Shown here: positions 13,528 through 26,721 of the stretch, one piece after another
Numbering within the stretch: position 1 is the first letter of the stretch
Layout of the letters: each line of letters begins with the position of its first letter
Origin: Callorhinchus milii
Lineage: Eukaryota
NCBI RefSeq assembly: GCF_018977255.1
Contig: NW_024704742.1
Span: 16,928,001-16,992,000, forward strand
Length of the DNA stretch: 64,000 bases
Direction: 5' to 3'
Program-made: the position numbers and the translations under genes
The notes under the pieces: model-generated
Databases searched by the model: none
Told to the model about the DNA's origin: nothing
What the model saw: only the letters and a program-made list of their open reading frames with translations

Positions 13528-14222
13528 CAACAACAACAAAATCACATTTGTACAGCGTCTTTCACATTGCGAGGACGTCCCAAGACCCTGGACAGTCAGA
13601 GTTTCGGACCCAAGCCAGGGGGTCGGGATTGGGGAGAGTGGAGGGCAGGGGGGGATGTAGGGTGATCGAAAGCACGGTCGAAGAGGAGGGTCTTGAGATG
13701 GATCTTGAACGAAGCAAGGGGGGGAGTGAGGTGGAGGGATTGTGGGATGGAGTTCCAAAGGGTGGGGGCAGAGTGACAGAAGGTTCGCCCACCCAATGGT
13801 GGGGCGGGCAAGGCAATGGACGTGAAGCAGGCTGGAGCCCGCTGAGCGGAGGGAGCAGGAAAGATGGTAGGAGGTTAGGAGGTCACAGAGGTAGGGGGGA
13901 GCAAGACCATGGAGGGCTTTGAAGGTGAGGACCAGGATCTTGAACTGTATTCTCTGAGTGATGGGAAGCCAGTGGAGTCCGGCGAGAACAGGGTCATGGA
14001 GCCTGGTGCTAAGGAGGACATGGGCTGCAGAGTTCTGGATTATCTGAAGTTTATGGAGGGATTAGTTGGGGAGGCTGACAAGCAAGTTGTTTGCATAGTC
14101 AAGCCTTGATGTAATAAATGGGTTTCGGCGACCTGCGGTGTGAGAAAATGGCGGAGGCGGGCAATGTTACGGAGGTGGGGGAAGGCAGAGCAGGTTATGG
14201 CATGGATGTGGAGTAGAAAGGA
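13528..14222 (-). mobile_element. L2 LINE 3' fragment, subfamily B (older)
   Basis: [14 protein letters not shown] and GGRTFCHSAPTLWNSIP motifs; (TTG)n tail at 13528; 3' UTR resembles the copies at 60.8 kb and 63.3 kb. Confidence 0.88.
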
Positions 14223-14225
14223 TTC

Positions 14226-16458
14226 CCACACGGGGAGCAGCGGCAGGACAGCGCGGGGAGGAGCCTGGGCCTACCTACCCAGGTATTTAAGCACGAGGCG
14301 GCAGGGACTGCAGCCACACGGGGAGCACAGGGCTGTGGGGTGTGGGGGCGGAGCGGGGGAACCGCTGACCTCATAGTTTAGTTTTCAGGAGTGTGCGCGC
14401 GAAACAAAAAAAAAAACTCTGCGCCCACCCACCCCCAGGGCTCACATCAGAGCCCATCATGGTCCTGTTGGTTTGGCTGCTCCAGCCCCAGCCTATGGGA
14501 TAATGCCATCCACCTGACTGCTCGTTCCCGGTCCCCGCATGCGCACTATGGCTGCCGCTTTGACCCGAGCCCCCTCACCCCCTCCCTCCCTCCTCCCTCC
14601 TCTCTACCCCCAAACGCTCCCCCCTCTGCATCTCTCCCGCTTGACCTGTCCCCCTACTCCTCTGGCTCTTTCCCCACTTTCGAGAACCTCACCCTCTCCC
14701 ACCCCTCCTTCCTCTCACTCAAAATCCTCCTCCTCTACCGGCCCCTTAAAATCTCTCCCACCTTCATCTCCGATATTTTGACACTTCTTACATCTCTCTA
14801 CCTCTGCTCTGATCGCCTCATCATCCTGGGCGACTTCAACCTGCACTTCAACCCCTCCTGCTCCATCTCCTCGGACTTCTCTTCCCTGCTCTCCTCGCTC
14901 AACCTTTCCCTCCACATCAACTTCCCCACTCACAGTCACGGCCACCCACTCGACTTGGTGATCACCCGGGGCCTCAGTGACTCACCACCATCTTCTAACG
15001 CCCCTGGAAGAAGTTACCCCCACAATTCCTAACTGCGGCCTTGGAGTCCTCTGAACTCCTCTCCCTCTGGACTTCAACCCTCATTAACCCCTCTTCTGCT
15101 CTCACCCTCCTCCACAACACCGTCTCCTCCACACTCGACATTCTTGCCCCCATCACCTCCCGTACTGTCTCCTACTCTCGCTCCTCCCCCTGGTTCACCA
15201 CCCACCTCCGCTCACTGAAAAGCCAGGTGCGGGCCGTTGAACGCACCTGCTTCAAATCTGGCCTAACGGTCCACCGACAAATGTGGCTGGACCTCCTCAA
15301 AATCTACCGCTCCACCCGAGCCTCAGCCAAGTCGTCCTTCTACTCCAGGATAATCCTGGAGGCGAAGAACAACTCCAGGCTACTGTTTTCTACCACATCC
15401 CGACTCCTCCGTCCCCCTCGCCACCCAGCGCAGGTCATCTCCTCCAACCTTCACTGTGGGGAGATGCTGGATTTCCTTGAATCCGAAATCAAGGGAATCC
15501 GCTCCGCGGTCACTTCCCCTCCAACATCTACCCACCCCCTACCCCTTCCCTCCCACACTCCGACTCCTACCCATCCGCCCCAATACACTTTCATACCCGT
15601 TTCCCCACCCTCTGTCACCAAACTCATCCTGTCCCTGAAACCCACCACCCGCTCCCTTGACCCCATCCCCACTCCACTCCTTGTCTCCCAGCTCCACCTC
15701 CTTGCCCCACATATCACAGACATCGTCAACCTGTCCCTCTCCTCTGGCTCTGTTCCCATTCCCTTAAAAACTACCACCATCACTCCCACCTTGAAAAAAC
15801 CCTCCCTTGATGTGTCGCAGCTATCAAGCTACCGGCCCATCTCCAACCTCCCCTTCCTGTCCAAGGTCCTTGAACGAGTTGTCGCCTCCCAGCTGCGCTC
15901 TTTTCTCTCCACCCATTCATTATTCGAACCGCTTCAATCGGGTTTCCATGCTGCCCATAGCACAGAAACTGCCCTGGTCAAGGTCACCAATGACATCCTG
16001 ACCATCTGCGACCAGGGCTCCCTCTGCCTCCTCGTTCTCCTTGACGTATCGGCAGCATTCGATACGGTCGACCACGCTATCCTCCTCCATCGCTTGTCCT
16101 CCCACCTCAACCTTCAAGGCTCTGTCCTTGAGTGGTTTAGGTCGTACCTCTCCCACCGTCTTCACTTTGTTTCCACGAACGGCTTTTCCTCCACCCCCCG
16201 CACTGTCTCGTGCGGTGTTCCTCAGGGCTCTGTCCTCGGTCCCCTCCTCTTCACCCTCTATATGCTCCCCCTTGGTGACATCATCCGCAGACATGGGGTT
16301 AACTTCCACATGTATGCGGATGACACCCAACTCTACCTTTCCTCCTCTACCCTCAACTCCATGACCACCGATGTCCTGACAGCCTGCCTGTCTGACATTG
16401 AGTCCTGGACGAGGGACAACTTTCTTCAGCTCAACGTGCGTAAAACTGAGGCCATAGT
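14226..16458 (+). mobile_element. L2 LINE subfamily A with GC-rich 5' region, partial AP endonuclease and RT domain; 3' end missing
   Basis: ORF 14391-15032 has APE motifs LLYRP, IILGDFNLH and PTHSHGHPLDLVITRG; ORF 15041-16504 has [42 protein letters not shown] and YADDTQLY, then homology stops after QLNVRKTEA. Confidence 0.92.
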
Positions 16459-16881
16459 AGCCATTTTTCTGACCACCCCTCATAGTGAGGTTCCCCTGAG
16501 TTGACCTCAGATGGGGGAGTAGTTGCACTGCCACAAATGGGCTCTAAGATGCTCCACTAGGAAAGGAAAAGATTAACCAGAGGTTCGTCTTTGGATGGAT
16601 TTCCAGTGACGCCTGCCAGAAGGTGTATGTCAGAGTGGATGTGAAAACAGATTTGGGTTTGACTGTGGTGTCCACTCACTGTTGACTAACACATCTAAAA
16701 TTGACACTTGCTATATGGTGGAATGGTACCTTATCCTGGCATAATTCAAACCTATAAAGAGACAAAATATAAATAATGGAGGGGAAATAATACCAATAAT
16801 GTCATCGGCTGGTGAAAGATGTTTTCTTACTACAGTTGGTTGCAGGATTTGGCATGCTCCAACAGCACAGATATGGTTATA

Positions 16882-17460
16882 ACAATAGCAACAACAACAT
16901 GGATTTATAGAGTGCCCTCAATGTCGGATGGTGTCTCAGAGCGCTTCACAATAACAGATCCCAGGGCCGAGCCAGGGGGAGGGGGAGGAAGGTGACCAAA
17001 GGCGCGGTTGAAAAGAAAGGTCTTTAGCAGAGACTTGAAAGTAGGAAGAGAGGGGGCGTGGTGAAGGGAGTGAGGAAGGGAGTTCCAGAGCCTCGAGATG
17101 TAGTGGTTGAAGGCACGGCCCCCGATGGTGGAGTGGAGGATTCGGGGTACAAGGAGGAGGCCAGACCCAGAGTAGTGAAGGCAATGGGCACTGTTGTGAA
17201 GAGAGAGGAGGTCAGAGATGTAGGGGGGTGCAGAGGAGTGGAAGTATTTGAAAACAAGAGTGAGGATCTTGAAGTCGGATGCATCGGAGGTGGAAGAAAG
17301 CGGTGCTGGTGAGGGACCCAATGTGAGGGAGGAAGGGTAATTGGGAGTCGAACCTGACACCTAGGTTGCATGGAAAGCACGGCCGCTGATGACAGATCGG
17401 AGGATTTGGGGGATAAGGAGGAGGCCAGACCCAGTGTAGCGGAGGCAGTAGAATGCACTC
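16882..17460 (-). mobile_element. L2 3' fragment(s) of a third variant, with a stacked duplicate segment
   Basis: DFKILTLVFK and IGGRAFNHYISRLWNSLP; (TTG) tail at ~16885; 17365-17460 repeats the 17105-17195 segment. Confidence 0.8.
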
Positions 17461-18410
17461 ATCAATAAATATTGCAACAAAAAGGAAAAGTCACATATTG
17501 TCTAAGATAATGTTTTTAAATATAAATATGATCTTTATTCTGGTAAATAGTGCATGATCATTCAGTGATCAAGGTTACAAATGCAATGACATGTAGCTTC
17601 ACAAAAGACCATTATAACCTTTTGAAAAAATTAGGAAAGAGTCAATGACATTGTAGTCTGATTGAATAAAGCTACCAATTTGATTGGTAATTCCTGCAAA
17701 AACAACATATCTTCAGTTCTGGCAGTACTTCACCCTTCAACTGCAAAATACAAAGTTACTACGTAAATGCTGTGAAACCTCTGTACGTGCAAAGATTATT
17801 ATTATTTACCTTTAGGATCTTTGCTTTTTCTTCTTTCTTATTTAAATCTTTATATTGCCACAGTCATGGGGTGCTGTCTCAATGATTAATCTCTCTTGAT
17901 TTTGTTTCCTATGCAGTTCCCCCAGCGATTGTCAAAGTGCCCCGATCACTGGGAGAATGACCTGCTCAGTTCATACATTGTGCCGAGAGCAGAAATTGAT
18001 TTGAGAGTGAAACTGACAGTATCTCAACACTAGAAACCATGCAGAAATGAAAACCACCCCACAAGATACTGTAAGAGAGATTATAAATGAGAGAGTAATA
18101 AAATGTACACATAGTTTAACAGCTGATAAATCTACTGCTCCCAATTTCTCTTTGTATCAGTGTGCAATATCAAAGACACAATTACATGGGTTGACAGTCC
18201 TTATATGATTTATGTTGAATATGAAATTCACTCTGTCAATGACATCTCAGTGAAAACTATTGCGTTCACATTTAAATATTGGAGAGTTTGTCCATTCATT
18301 TATCACTTGGGAACTGGAGAACAAAAAATCATCAAAATTGTCATATTTTCTTCTCTTCTTGATGTCAGTAGAGATTAATGCCTGACACCATACCCAGTTG
18401 GAATTTACAA

Positions 18411-18600
18411 GACCATTTTTATCGTAATATTTATAAGATCAAATGGAATTGCAAAAAAATTATTTTATATTTTATTTGGAAGCTAATTCTTTTTAATGCC
18501 TGTTAACAAACAGCTTCCAAATTAAGACTGAAGTTTAAGAATTTTGAACAATTCTGCAATTCTTAAATTTTAAGACAAACTGATGCTGCAGGTTAAAACT
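18411..18600. mobile_element. Palindromic MITE-like element, copy 2
   Basis: cagcttccaaattaagactgaagtttaagaatttt...tcttaaattttaagacaaa. Confidence 0.7.
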
Positions 18601-20339
18601 AGGTGGAATTTTAGCCATAAGGTTGATAAAGTGATGGTTGGCAATTTGAAAAGGTTTCCGATAGAATGAAAATGATACCAGTGAACTAGTATCGCCCAGG
18701 ACTCAGACAATATCAGTTTTCTCAGTGACTATTCGTATAATTTTCTAATAGTATTAAGGGAGGGGGCATTTGCAATATTCCTAAAAAGGCACTAAATCAA
18801 ATGCAAGCATTATTAATATTATTATCATTCTGCTCCTTACCGTATATTCTGTGAAGCGCTTTGAAATGTCTTGAAGGCATGATAAGACGCCATATTAAAT
18901 GCAAGGATTATTATGATTATATGGTAATCATCATAGTACTGTACAGCTTTGTGCCCAGAGTAACAATTAAGTATGACTATCCCTCCAACCTCCTGGTGTA
19001 ACACATATATTATTATTATTATTATTATTATACAGGCCAGCAGCAAGCCTGAGGTCTGTGCTGTGTCTGCTAATCTCAACTGAAACAGTAGTTGGCTAGC
19101 AGCAGGAAGGCATCAAATCAGGTTTCTTGCTCCTAATCCACTCTCCAAAATTCCTCCACTAGAAAATGCATGGATTTTGGATGTCAGATAAAGTCAGGGT
19201 CCTGTTAATGCTTAAGTGGACGAATAGCTCTCTGGTAATCAAGGTTCACATGTGGAGAACGGTCATTTCACTCACTTGGAGGGTGAGCAGCATCCTTGAA
19301 ATTGGGTCTCAGCCCGAAGAGCGAAATGGAGAAAATTGGCAAAGAATAAAAGGTGACTTTTAATTTTATCCCTATCAGTCATTCCATTCCATCAAACTCC
19401 ATTTATGTTTTCCATTGCTTCCTGATGCAGGCCAAGTGCTTGGCTTTAAGCACTGATTTCTAAGATTTCAGAGATTTTAACAGTTTCAATGTCCACACAA
19501 CATGCTCTTTCCACTAGGTAGCACAAACCCTGTCAGATTTTTTCTCCCTAGTCCAGTGGCACCAAGGCCAAATACAGTTATTGGAGTTGACTGCAATCAG
19601 TTCACACGAGGATTGAATCTTTCTGGTTTGTGGGGTTCGGTTTCACATTGGATGTGCAACTAACCAAATGAAACACCAGTGAAACACATTTGTGTAGCCA
19701 TATATTGAGTGGATGATTGAGTTGCATGATCTCAGATGTGCTGATGCATAGGAACTCCCGAGAGAAAATATTGCTGTTTTTTCCCCGAATTATTGTCTGG
19801 TCGCAGAATCTGGGGAGCAGTGAGTGGTGCAATAAAGAATGCATCAGTGAATAATGCCGTCCGCAAATAAAGTGCTCCTGTTTGGATCTAGATGATGTCT
19901 TTGACAGCTAGATGATAGAAGTAGAAATAAGTAAGACGTGGTATCGGATGTATGGAGATTTTGCAAAATCAGAGAAAGGTGAAAAGGCGGAAACAAGCAA
20001 AACTGCAAGTTATGGGATCCGGTTGAAACACGTGCCAAGAATGTAAGTTACTTTGAAGCTTGGAAACTGTGATCTCTGTTGGCTGTCTGCTCTGGAAAAT
20101 ACAGTACAGCACTGTCAAAAACTGCTTAGAATGAACTTCTGAATGACTATACATAGCAGAAATTTGACAGAGCAAAAAACCGTTTGTGATAGGAGTCATG
20201 ATTGTACTTAGACTCCTACAATGACATGCATTGAAAACCTCCTGAACCATTGAAAATCATGCCCAGGACTTACTAAGTGCCAGCTGTGTATGTGAGTGTG
20301 TGGACATTGGTTTCAGAGGCCTGAAATTCCAACTACTTT

Positions 20340-20530
20340 TAGATTAAGATGATTTTGTCTTAAAATTAAGATTTCCCAGATTTGTGGAAAATTCAGTCTT
20401 AACTTAGAAGTTGATTCACTTCAAGAACTCTAAAAACTGGTTTGAAGATGCAGAATTAATTTGAGAAAATTTGTGTGATCTCAAATTTTAAAGCAAAATG
20501 TTTTTTTTTACAAGCTAAGACAAATTCTGG
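20340..20530. mobile_element. Palindromic MITE-like element, copy 3
   Basis: ttttgtcttaaaattaagattt...gtggaaaattcagtcttaacttagaag...gatctcaaattttaaagcaaaatg. Confidence 0.65.
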
Positions 20531-21384
20531 CTTCAAGCAAGGAAAGGTTGTGATGTCAAGGAGCCTACCAGAATTTACTGTACTGATAGATAAGTACAGG
20601 ATAATAGCTGTCATATATCTGACATTAACCTACTGACAAATTTAACAAATAGATTTAGTGTGATATGATTTGTCAATTACTTGATATAAAAACAGATCAA
20701 CACTAACATGAAATGGGAATACAAGCGTTTTCCACCTGGTGATAAAGCTGCTCTTGTGGTGTGAAATAATGCTCGACTATAACCATAATTCTCTTTCTTG
20801 CTCAATGTTTTACCAAGCCTAGTCTTGAAAGGTTAGATTTTATTTCCATTCACTTTGAAAATACTTTGCTAACAGTTTTCAATTCTATTGCAATCTCAGT
20901 CAGTTGATTGGCGCAAAAAGGATGTATTCGATTCATATCACAAAGGAATTACAAGTTGCTATCATTTTAGAGTTTATTACTGTAATTCACAACATGCAAG
21001 CAGCAAAAAGGTATATGGGTCTTTAATTGTATATGCATCAGTTTAAATCTGTTTTTCTTGGCTTTGAGTAGTGTATTTATTAATAATTATAATTATAATA
21101 ATAATGCAGCTGATAATGTAATTGACACCACGCATGGATCATGGGTGAAAATAAAAACTGAGACAAGTAGAGAATATGATAATTCTGAAGTCTTGGTAAA
21201 GAATGATTGTGAGGAGAATGGTGTAGTGAGTTTTCATTTCAACATTGATAGAGTGTAGGAAAGAGGAAAAAAACATATAGTACAGTGCGTTTGTCGCTTG
21301 GGAGGAACTAAAGGAGAGCTCTGAGGCACAATGATAGTAGAAAGCACGTACTTTTTTAATATCCTATTAAAATACCCAAACTCT

Positions 21385-21590
21385 CACTTTGTCTTAGCTT
21401 TAAGGTTAGGGTTGTTGGTGGCTTAAAATGTAAGATTGCAGAAATGTGGAAAATTCATAAAACAATCTAAATTTGGGAGCTGAAGCTTTTTAAGAACCAA
21501 GAAAAAAGTTTCCAAGTTAGGACTGAAATTAAGAATGCTTCACAATGCTGCACAATCTTAAATTTTAAGACAAAATCTTCCAGTTAAGAT
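21385..21590. mobile_element. Palindromic MITE-like element, copy 4
   Basis: cttaaaatgtaagattgcagaaatgtggaaaattc...ttccaagttaggactgaaattaagaat...aatcttaaattttaagacaaaat. Confidence 0.7.
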
Positions 21591-21669
21591 TCCAGGAGTA
21601 TCTAGAGAGAAGAGAGGAAATAAGCATTCAAAGCTTTGTTACATTGGATAAATTATGAGAAGACATGTA

Positions 21670-21696
21670 TTTAATGTTTGTAAAAACATATTTATT
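21670..21696 (-). promoter_or_regulatory. Candidate polyadenylation signals for TLL1
   Basis: Plus-strand tttatt (21691-96) and tttaat (21670-75) read AATAAA then ATTAAA in the transcript. Other hexamers occur further downstream (e.g. ~20973, ~21076). Confidence 0.4.
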
Positions 21697-23603
21697 AGTG
21701 CTAGCGATGTTTTCATGACTTAGGATATAATACAGATACAAATAGATTAATTAGTGCTAACTTAGGTAGCAATCTAATGTGTCAAAAACATTGCAAAATA
21801 ATATTTCTTGCAATGAGGTTTTGTTTTACTCTTGAATCTTGACCTGAAAGAATTTTAATGAGAAGCTTCAGAAGCCTCAATGGTCAGGTTATAAACAAAT
21901 AGCGAAAAAATAAAGAACAAACAAGCTATAGCAAAACAGGTTCAAATGGAACTTGGCACATACAGTAACAATTTCACCATTCAGCCATACTACAAAGTTT
22001 CACCTTGCCTTACAATGCCTTTGTAAATTAATACAGAATAATGCATATGTGTTATAACTAAACCTCCAGTATTGTGGTTCATTTGGTGCAATGTGAAAAA
22101 AAGTGTTTGACATTGAACCACCACCTAAACTGTTTCAGCAGTTTTAGAAACAGGTTGCTAAAGATTTCTAAACATAACCTACATTAAATCATTTTATTCC
22201 TGTATATCTTAAACACTCCAACGATGTGGACTTCTTTTTACATGGCAAAAAATGACAAGAAAAATGTTCAAGTTGTCAAATTATTTTGAAATAAGTAGTC
22301 AAAGTTTCATTTTGCAGAAAGATTTGTCATGTGCAAGAATTTACAATGATTCACTCTAAGGCATTATTTGTTTCACAGTCTCCACAGGACTTGTGCTTTG
22401 ATAGCAATGGGAACTTCATCCGATGTTCAAGCTGATATTATTCATTGTCCTTCTGTTTATGCCTGAAATAGTTTGACATTCATACAGGTTCTATAGATTG
22501 TTGGCTCATTAAACCTAAAATGATTTTGAATGTGGAATAGCACCATAAGAAATCTGCTTAACATCATATTTTCTGTGGCCTTTTCCATCTCTTCATCTGT
22601 TCGGAGATGTAAGTCTTTCACCCGGTTCCAGTTAGACCACAGTTTTAGAAGACATCCCAGTGTCCAAGGGAGTTGAACTTGAATAGTGGTAAAGATGGGT
22701 TATGCATATCATTCTGGTCTCCCACTGAAAATTGCAGCACTTTGAAATGATCACCAGTTTAATTAGTTATTTTTTTTCTTCACTCAAAACAGCGAGAACT
22801 GCACTGTTGAGGAATTGCAGTTGTCATTTTCTTTAAACGTCTGTGACCATTTTGCTCATTCTGTCTGAGAAACACTATAGTTGTATGGTTATCTATTAAT
22901 CTACCTCATACACATACAATTCAATATGCTTACAATTTCAGGTGATTTACATAATACAGACCGGAGAAGCTTACAATACATAGAGCTTGAAGGCAGACTT
23001 CTTGTTATCACTCTAAGTGCAAACTACCAACACTTAAACACTATCCTGGCACATTCTGACAGCAAAATATAGGAAATGCATCAGGATGTCTAATGCTCTT
23101 AACCTATTTTTGGTATTGAGGGAATTCATAGTCTGCTAGAGTGCTCATCAGAATGAAGTCCTGTAACTGAAAGACATGATCACAGATAATACAGACACTG
23201 CGAAAAAAACATTTTTTAAAAAAAGTACAAACCTTCATAAATTATGCAGTAAATGGTTTGCATTCAGATTATCAGTTAAACCACAAATACACAAAGGACA
23301 GTAAATTTGAATGCATCGTTCCTTCTTTGTATGTCAGACGAAACATCTGTGAACGATGCTCAGCGAAATCGATCATGGTTTGATGTGGCTCATTCCCATG
23401 GACATAGCAGGTAGCTGAGTGTAGGCTTGCATAGGAGCAACCCCACTGAGTGGAACTGATCACATCTGCAGTCATTAGTGACAAACATCAAACCAGGAGA
23501 CAACTTTGTAGCTTCATCATGCAGGCTTCCAGCTCTGCAGCTTCATTCCCAGATTAGCTATAAGCTGCACCTCACTGAAATCTCCACCAGGATTTGTAAC
23601 CTT

Positions 23604-23642
23604 CACACACACACACACACACACTATCTACACACACACACA
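23604..23642. repeat. Interrupted (CA)n microsatellite in the 3' UTR
   Basis: cacacac...cactatctacacacacaca seen directly. Confidence 0.9.
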
Positions 23643-23769
23643 GTTCAATTGAACACGTACTTTTTCTTCATTTCCTTGCTGTACTGTTACCGTAAAATAG
23701 TTTTAGGTTATTTTGCCTTTGTTTGAAAAAAAAGAAGGGAAAAAAAAGCAACAGCGTTGAAGTTCCAGG

Positions 23770-23904
23770 TTACTTTTTGGTCTGTATGGCATCCTGGAAT
23801 TTTGTACTTGTATATCGTATATGGAATCCTTTTTTGTTTATTGTGTCATCAGTATGGAAATGGATTAAAATGGCATCTCCCGCTGAATAGATTTCCTCAG
23901 GTGG
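23770..23904 (-). CDS. TLL1: TLL1 last coding exon, end of CUB5 and stop codon (135 nt)
   Basis: [44 protein letters not shown] with TAA at 23772-23770; acceptor ttttttccacAG. All eight exon phases chain without a frameshift (1322 nt in total). Confidence 0.95.
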   Translation of the reverse strand, partial: PPEEIYSAGDAILIHFHTDDTINKKGFHIRYTSTKFQDAIQTKK

Positions 23905-25639
23905 CTGTGGAAAAAAAATTATATTATTAAGTAATAAATTCATTTAAAAATAGGAGCGGGGTTTAGAGTCTAGTGTGGAGTATAAACAACGGACTAGTTG
24001 GGGTAATGCTTTGCTTTCTGGATTAGGGAATCTGTGTAACGTTCAATAGATTTTATTATACAATTTACAAACCACGTAATAAACTTTAGATATTCAGTAT
24101 ATTGTTAACATTTATATATTTCGTTCTCCCTGATTATACAGATCTTACATCTGCTTCATAAGCAACACTGTGTTTACCATTACCTGGCCACTGTTTACGA
24201 AGTCTGGTAGGACCCCTTAGCATATGTGCAGAATATATTTCCTGCAGGGTGGAGCAATACATTTGAAAGATAGGACAGAACCCGACAATTTCAGACAAAA
24301 ATTGCGGAGCCCATAGCCTTCCCTGTATTGGTGAATGGCACCCGGCAGGCTTGACCGCACTTTCGAATGGCAGAATGTATTGTCTACAGAAGTTAGTCGG
24401 AGGATCTGTTTCACCTTATTCACTTTGATCGTTGTTTTTGGAGTGGTTTGTGGTCTTGTGAATCAAAGGGCCTTAGAGTCTGACAAAGAAAACCTTTGGA
24501 TCAACCAGCCCACTTTCTTGACCATTTGCTGTGTAGCTGAGAGGCCACCAGATCAATTTGAGTAACTGAGAAGAGATACAGTATCCATGCTTCACTCCTT
24601 TCTGAAGCAGCCAGCAAGTTTCTCACAAGACAAGGATGTGACCAAAGAAGATGCGCTGAATGTCACGTGTGTGGCAGCTGGTAACGAATTTTTATCAATG
24701 TGAATTTAAAATTCCAGCAAAACTAAACTGTTTCAGCAAAATTCAATAAACAGCCAACTTCCAGAGCAGCATAAACCAAGCAGTGCTTATTGAGCATCCT
24801 GGGTAGATCAGTCGGTTGAACACCTAATTTAAGATGAAAATGTTCTAGATTGGAATCCTACATCCATTTGAGCTCAATAAAATGGCTATCATGTCTAAAA
24901 GTAGCTTTTTGGTGGGAGGTAAGAAATGTCTCCTTACAACTAAAGGGGCTAAGCATCTGGCAATGCCAAGCATATCTGCAGCACCACACGTGTGTAGAAA
25001 ACGCAAATTATATATGCTTTTAATATGTGATTTACAACTATGGTAAAGGATTGCAGGTGATTTGGTGAAACTTTTCATTGGTGGTTAAGTAAATATTTAA
25101 GGACATCTATAATTCCCTCTCTTTACATGTGTTTAAGAACATAGGAAAACAGGAACAGAAAAATGGAACAGGCACAGCCCATCAAGCCTATTCCACCAAC
25201 TTATTAAATTTTGGTTGATATTTTAATCCTAATATGCCACCCATTTGTCATACTCTTTACTTTCCTCTGTTACCCAAGTACCCGTCGGTCTGTTTTTTAA
25301 GTACATCCCTACTGATTTTCTTCTTCAGCTTTCTGGGGTAGATCATTCCGCATCTTCACAACTCTCTGTTTATTTAATTTCCAAATTAGGCCAAAGCAGA
25401 TCTTCATTGAAGCTGGTATGTAACATTCCAGTTCACGTACTTGTTGTATGGTCAGCTTATGGTAAGTTTATGTTGCCATCTGAGTAGCAAGTTTACCACT
25501 GTCACTTGTCATATATTTACATTGTCAAAATGTAACAATTGGCATATTGCATCATCAGTACCATTAGAGTATAATCAAAGCCTGCAAAGCTTTAGTGTAG
25601 ATACTATTAGATGAACCATCAAGCAATTCTGTCACTTAC

Positions 25640-25890
25640 TCCAGATCCACAGAACCGCCCAAGTCTTGAAGCTGTTGTATCAAACCCATCGAACAGTTCA
25701 ATAAAGTCATAGCCACAGTCAGCTTCCACCTCCACTTCAAACGTCTGAAAAGAGAGCTCCACGCTGTAGCCTTTTTCTGCTAAAACCTGCCACTCACAGT
25801 CCACTTGGCCTGGGTAGTTGTTATCTCCAAACTGAGCGTGAGAAAACAAATCCTTAGATTTGATTTCAGCCTTCAGTCTGCCACCACATT
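25640..25890 (-). CDS. TLL1: TLL1 coding exon, CUB5 main part (251 nt)
   Basis: (E)[83 protein letters not shown] within ORF 25619-25945; acceptor ttgttttCAG, donor GGA|GTaagt; phase 1-0. Confidence 0.95.
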
Positions 25891-26407
25891 CTGAAAACAA
25901 AGAAGACACTGCCGTTACAGTTTTGTAATTCAATCCCTCACACACTTCACATGACTCCAGTGACTGCAGAGAGCCTTTGCTAATTGAAATATTGAGGTTA
26001 AACTTGTGGTCTATGTCATACTTATCACATCAAACAGCCACGAGGCAACATTCTCAATGAAGCTAAGACCATGGCTTTGGACGTCTGACTCATGAATTGC
26101 TTACAGAAAACAGTCACTACACTTTACACTACACTATGAAGCACTTTTAGATGTTATCCTGCCGTAAAAAGTGCTGTATTCAATTCATTTATTATTCATT
26201 TTATCATTATTACTGTGGCCATCGACTGCTGGTTAGCGGGATACCAGTGTGCTGAGCTTTTGTTTTGTAAGTCAGGTGCCCTCTAACAATAAGACCAAGT
26301 TGCAATTAGAATCCCAACAATGAGGACTTGGTCTCTCAAGTTCACTATAAAGAATAAGGTCTGGTGGGGTGGGGGTCTGCTACCAGCCAATTCAATGAAT
26401 TTACAAT

Positions 26408-26721
26408 ATAATAATAATAATCCTTGCATTTGATATAGTGCTTTTCACGTCTTCTCGACATCTCAAAGCACTTCACAGAATATGCTGTGAAGTGAATTGA
26501 CTGTATATTTGTGGGCAAAACACGGCAGCCAATTGCGCACAGCAATGTCCCACAAACAGTCGTGGATTGAGTAACCAATTTATTATTGTTTTGTTTTGGA
26601 GGGATTATTATTAGGCGTGTGGAGTAAGGAAACTTGCCCAAGGTTTCGCCCTGCCTGGAATTGAACCCAGGTGTCTCGCTTGCAAGGCGAGTGCTCTAAC
26701 CACTGAGCTGCAGGACTCCAC
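26408..26721 (-). mobile_element. Full-length tRNA-derived SINE with L2-type tail (short subfamily)
   Basis: Head gagtcctgcagctcagtggttagagc...gggttcaattcc (Pol III A and B boxes), body ctgtttgtgggacattgctgtgcgcaattggctgcc (resembles the DeuSINE domain as I recall it), stem-loop tail and (TTA)n. Confidence 0.9.

Larger units (their letters stand above)
21670..23769 (-). other. TLL1: Probable TLL1 3' UTR (end uncertain)
   Basis: About 2.1 kb of AT-rich sequence after the stop with no recognisable interspersed repeats, ending at minus-strand AATAAA (21691-21696) and ATTAAA (21670-21675). The true cleavage site is inferred. Confidence 0.5.

Noticed and set aside
13528..16458. Head-to-head L2 pieces (minus 3' part, plus 5' part) that look like one twin-primed inversion
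   Set aside because: The geometry fits, but the plus piece matches young subfamily A (near-identical to the 37.7 kb copy). The minus piece has the older subfamily B 3' UTR and more decay, and I see no shared TSD. Two independent insertions are more likely.
15041..16504. 487-aa reverse transcriptase ORF as a host gene, retron or defence-system RT
   Set aside because: It is an L2 ORF2 fragment with several near-identical dispersed copies in a vertebrate intergenic context.
24217..24700. Short ORFs in the last TLL1 intron as a nested gene or extra exon
   Set aside because: No recognisable domain or consistent splice pair, and the flanking exons already join in frame.
26640..26721. tRNA-Ala-like sequence (also 53355-53434 and ~6400-6465)
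   Set aside because: These are SINE heads: they run directly into the SINE body and lack a proper acceptor stem and terminator.
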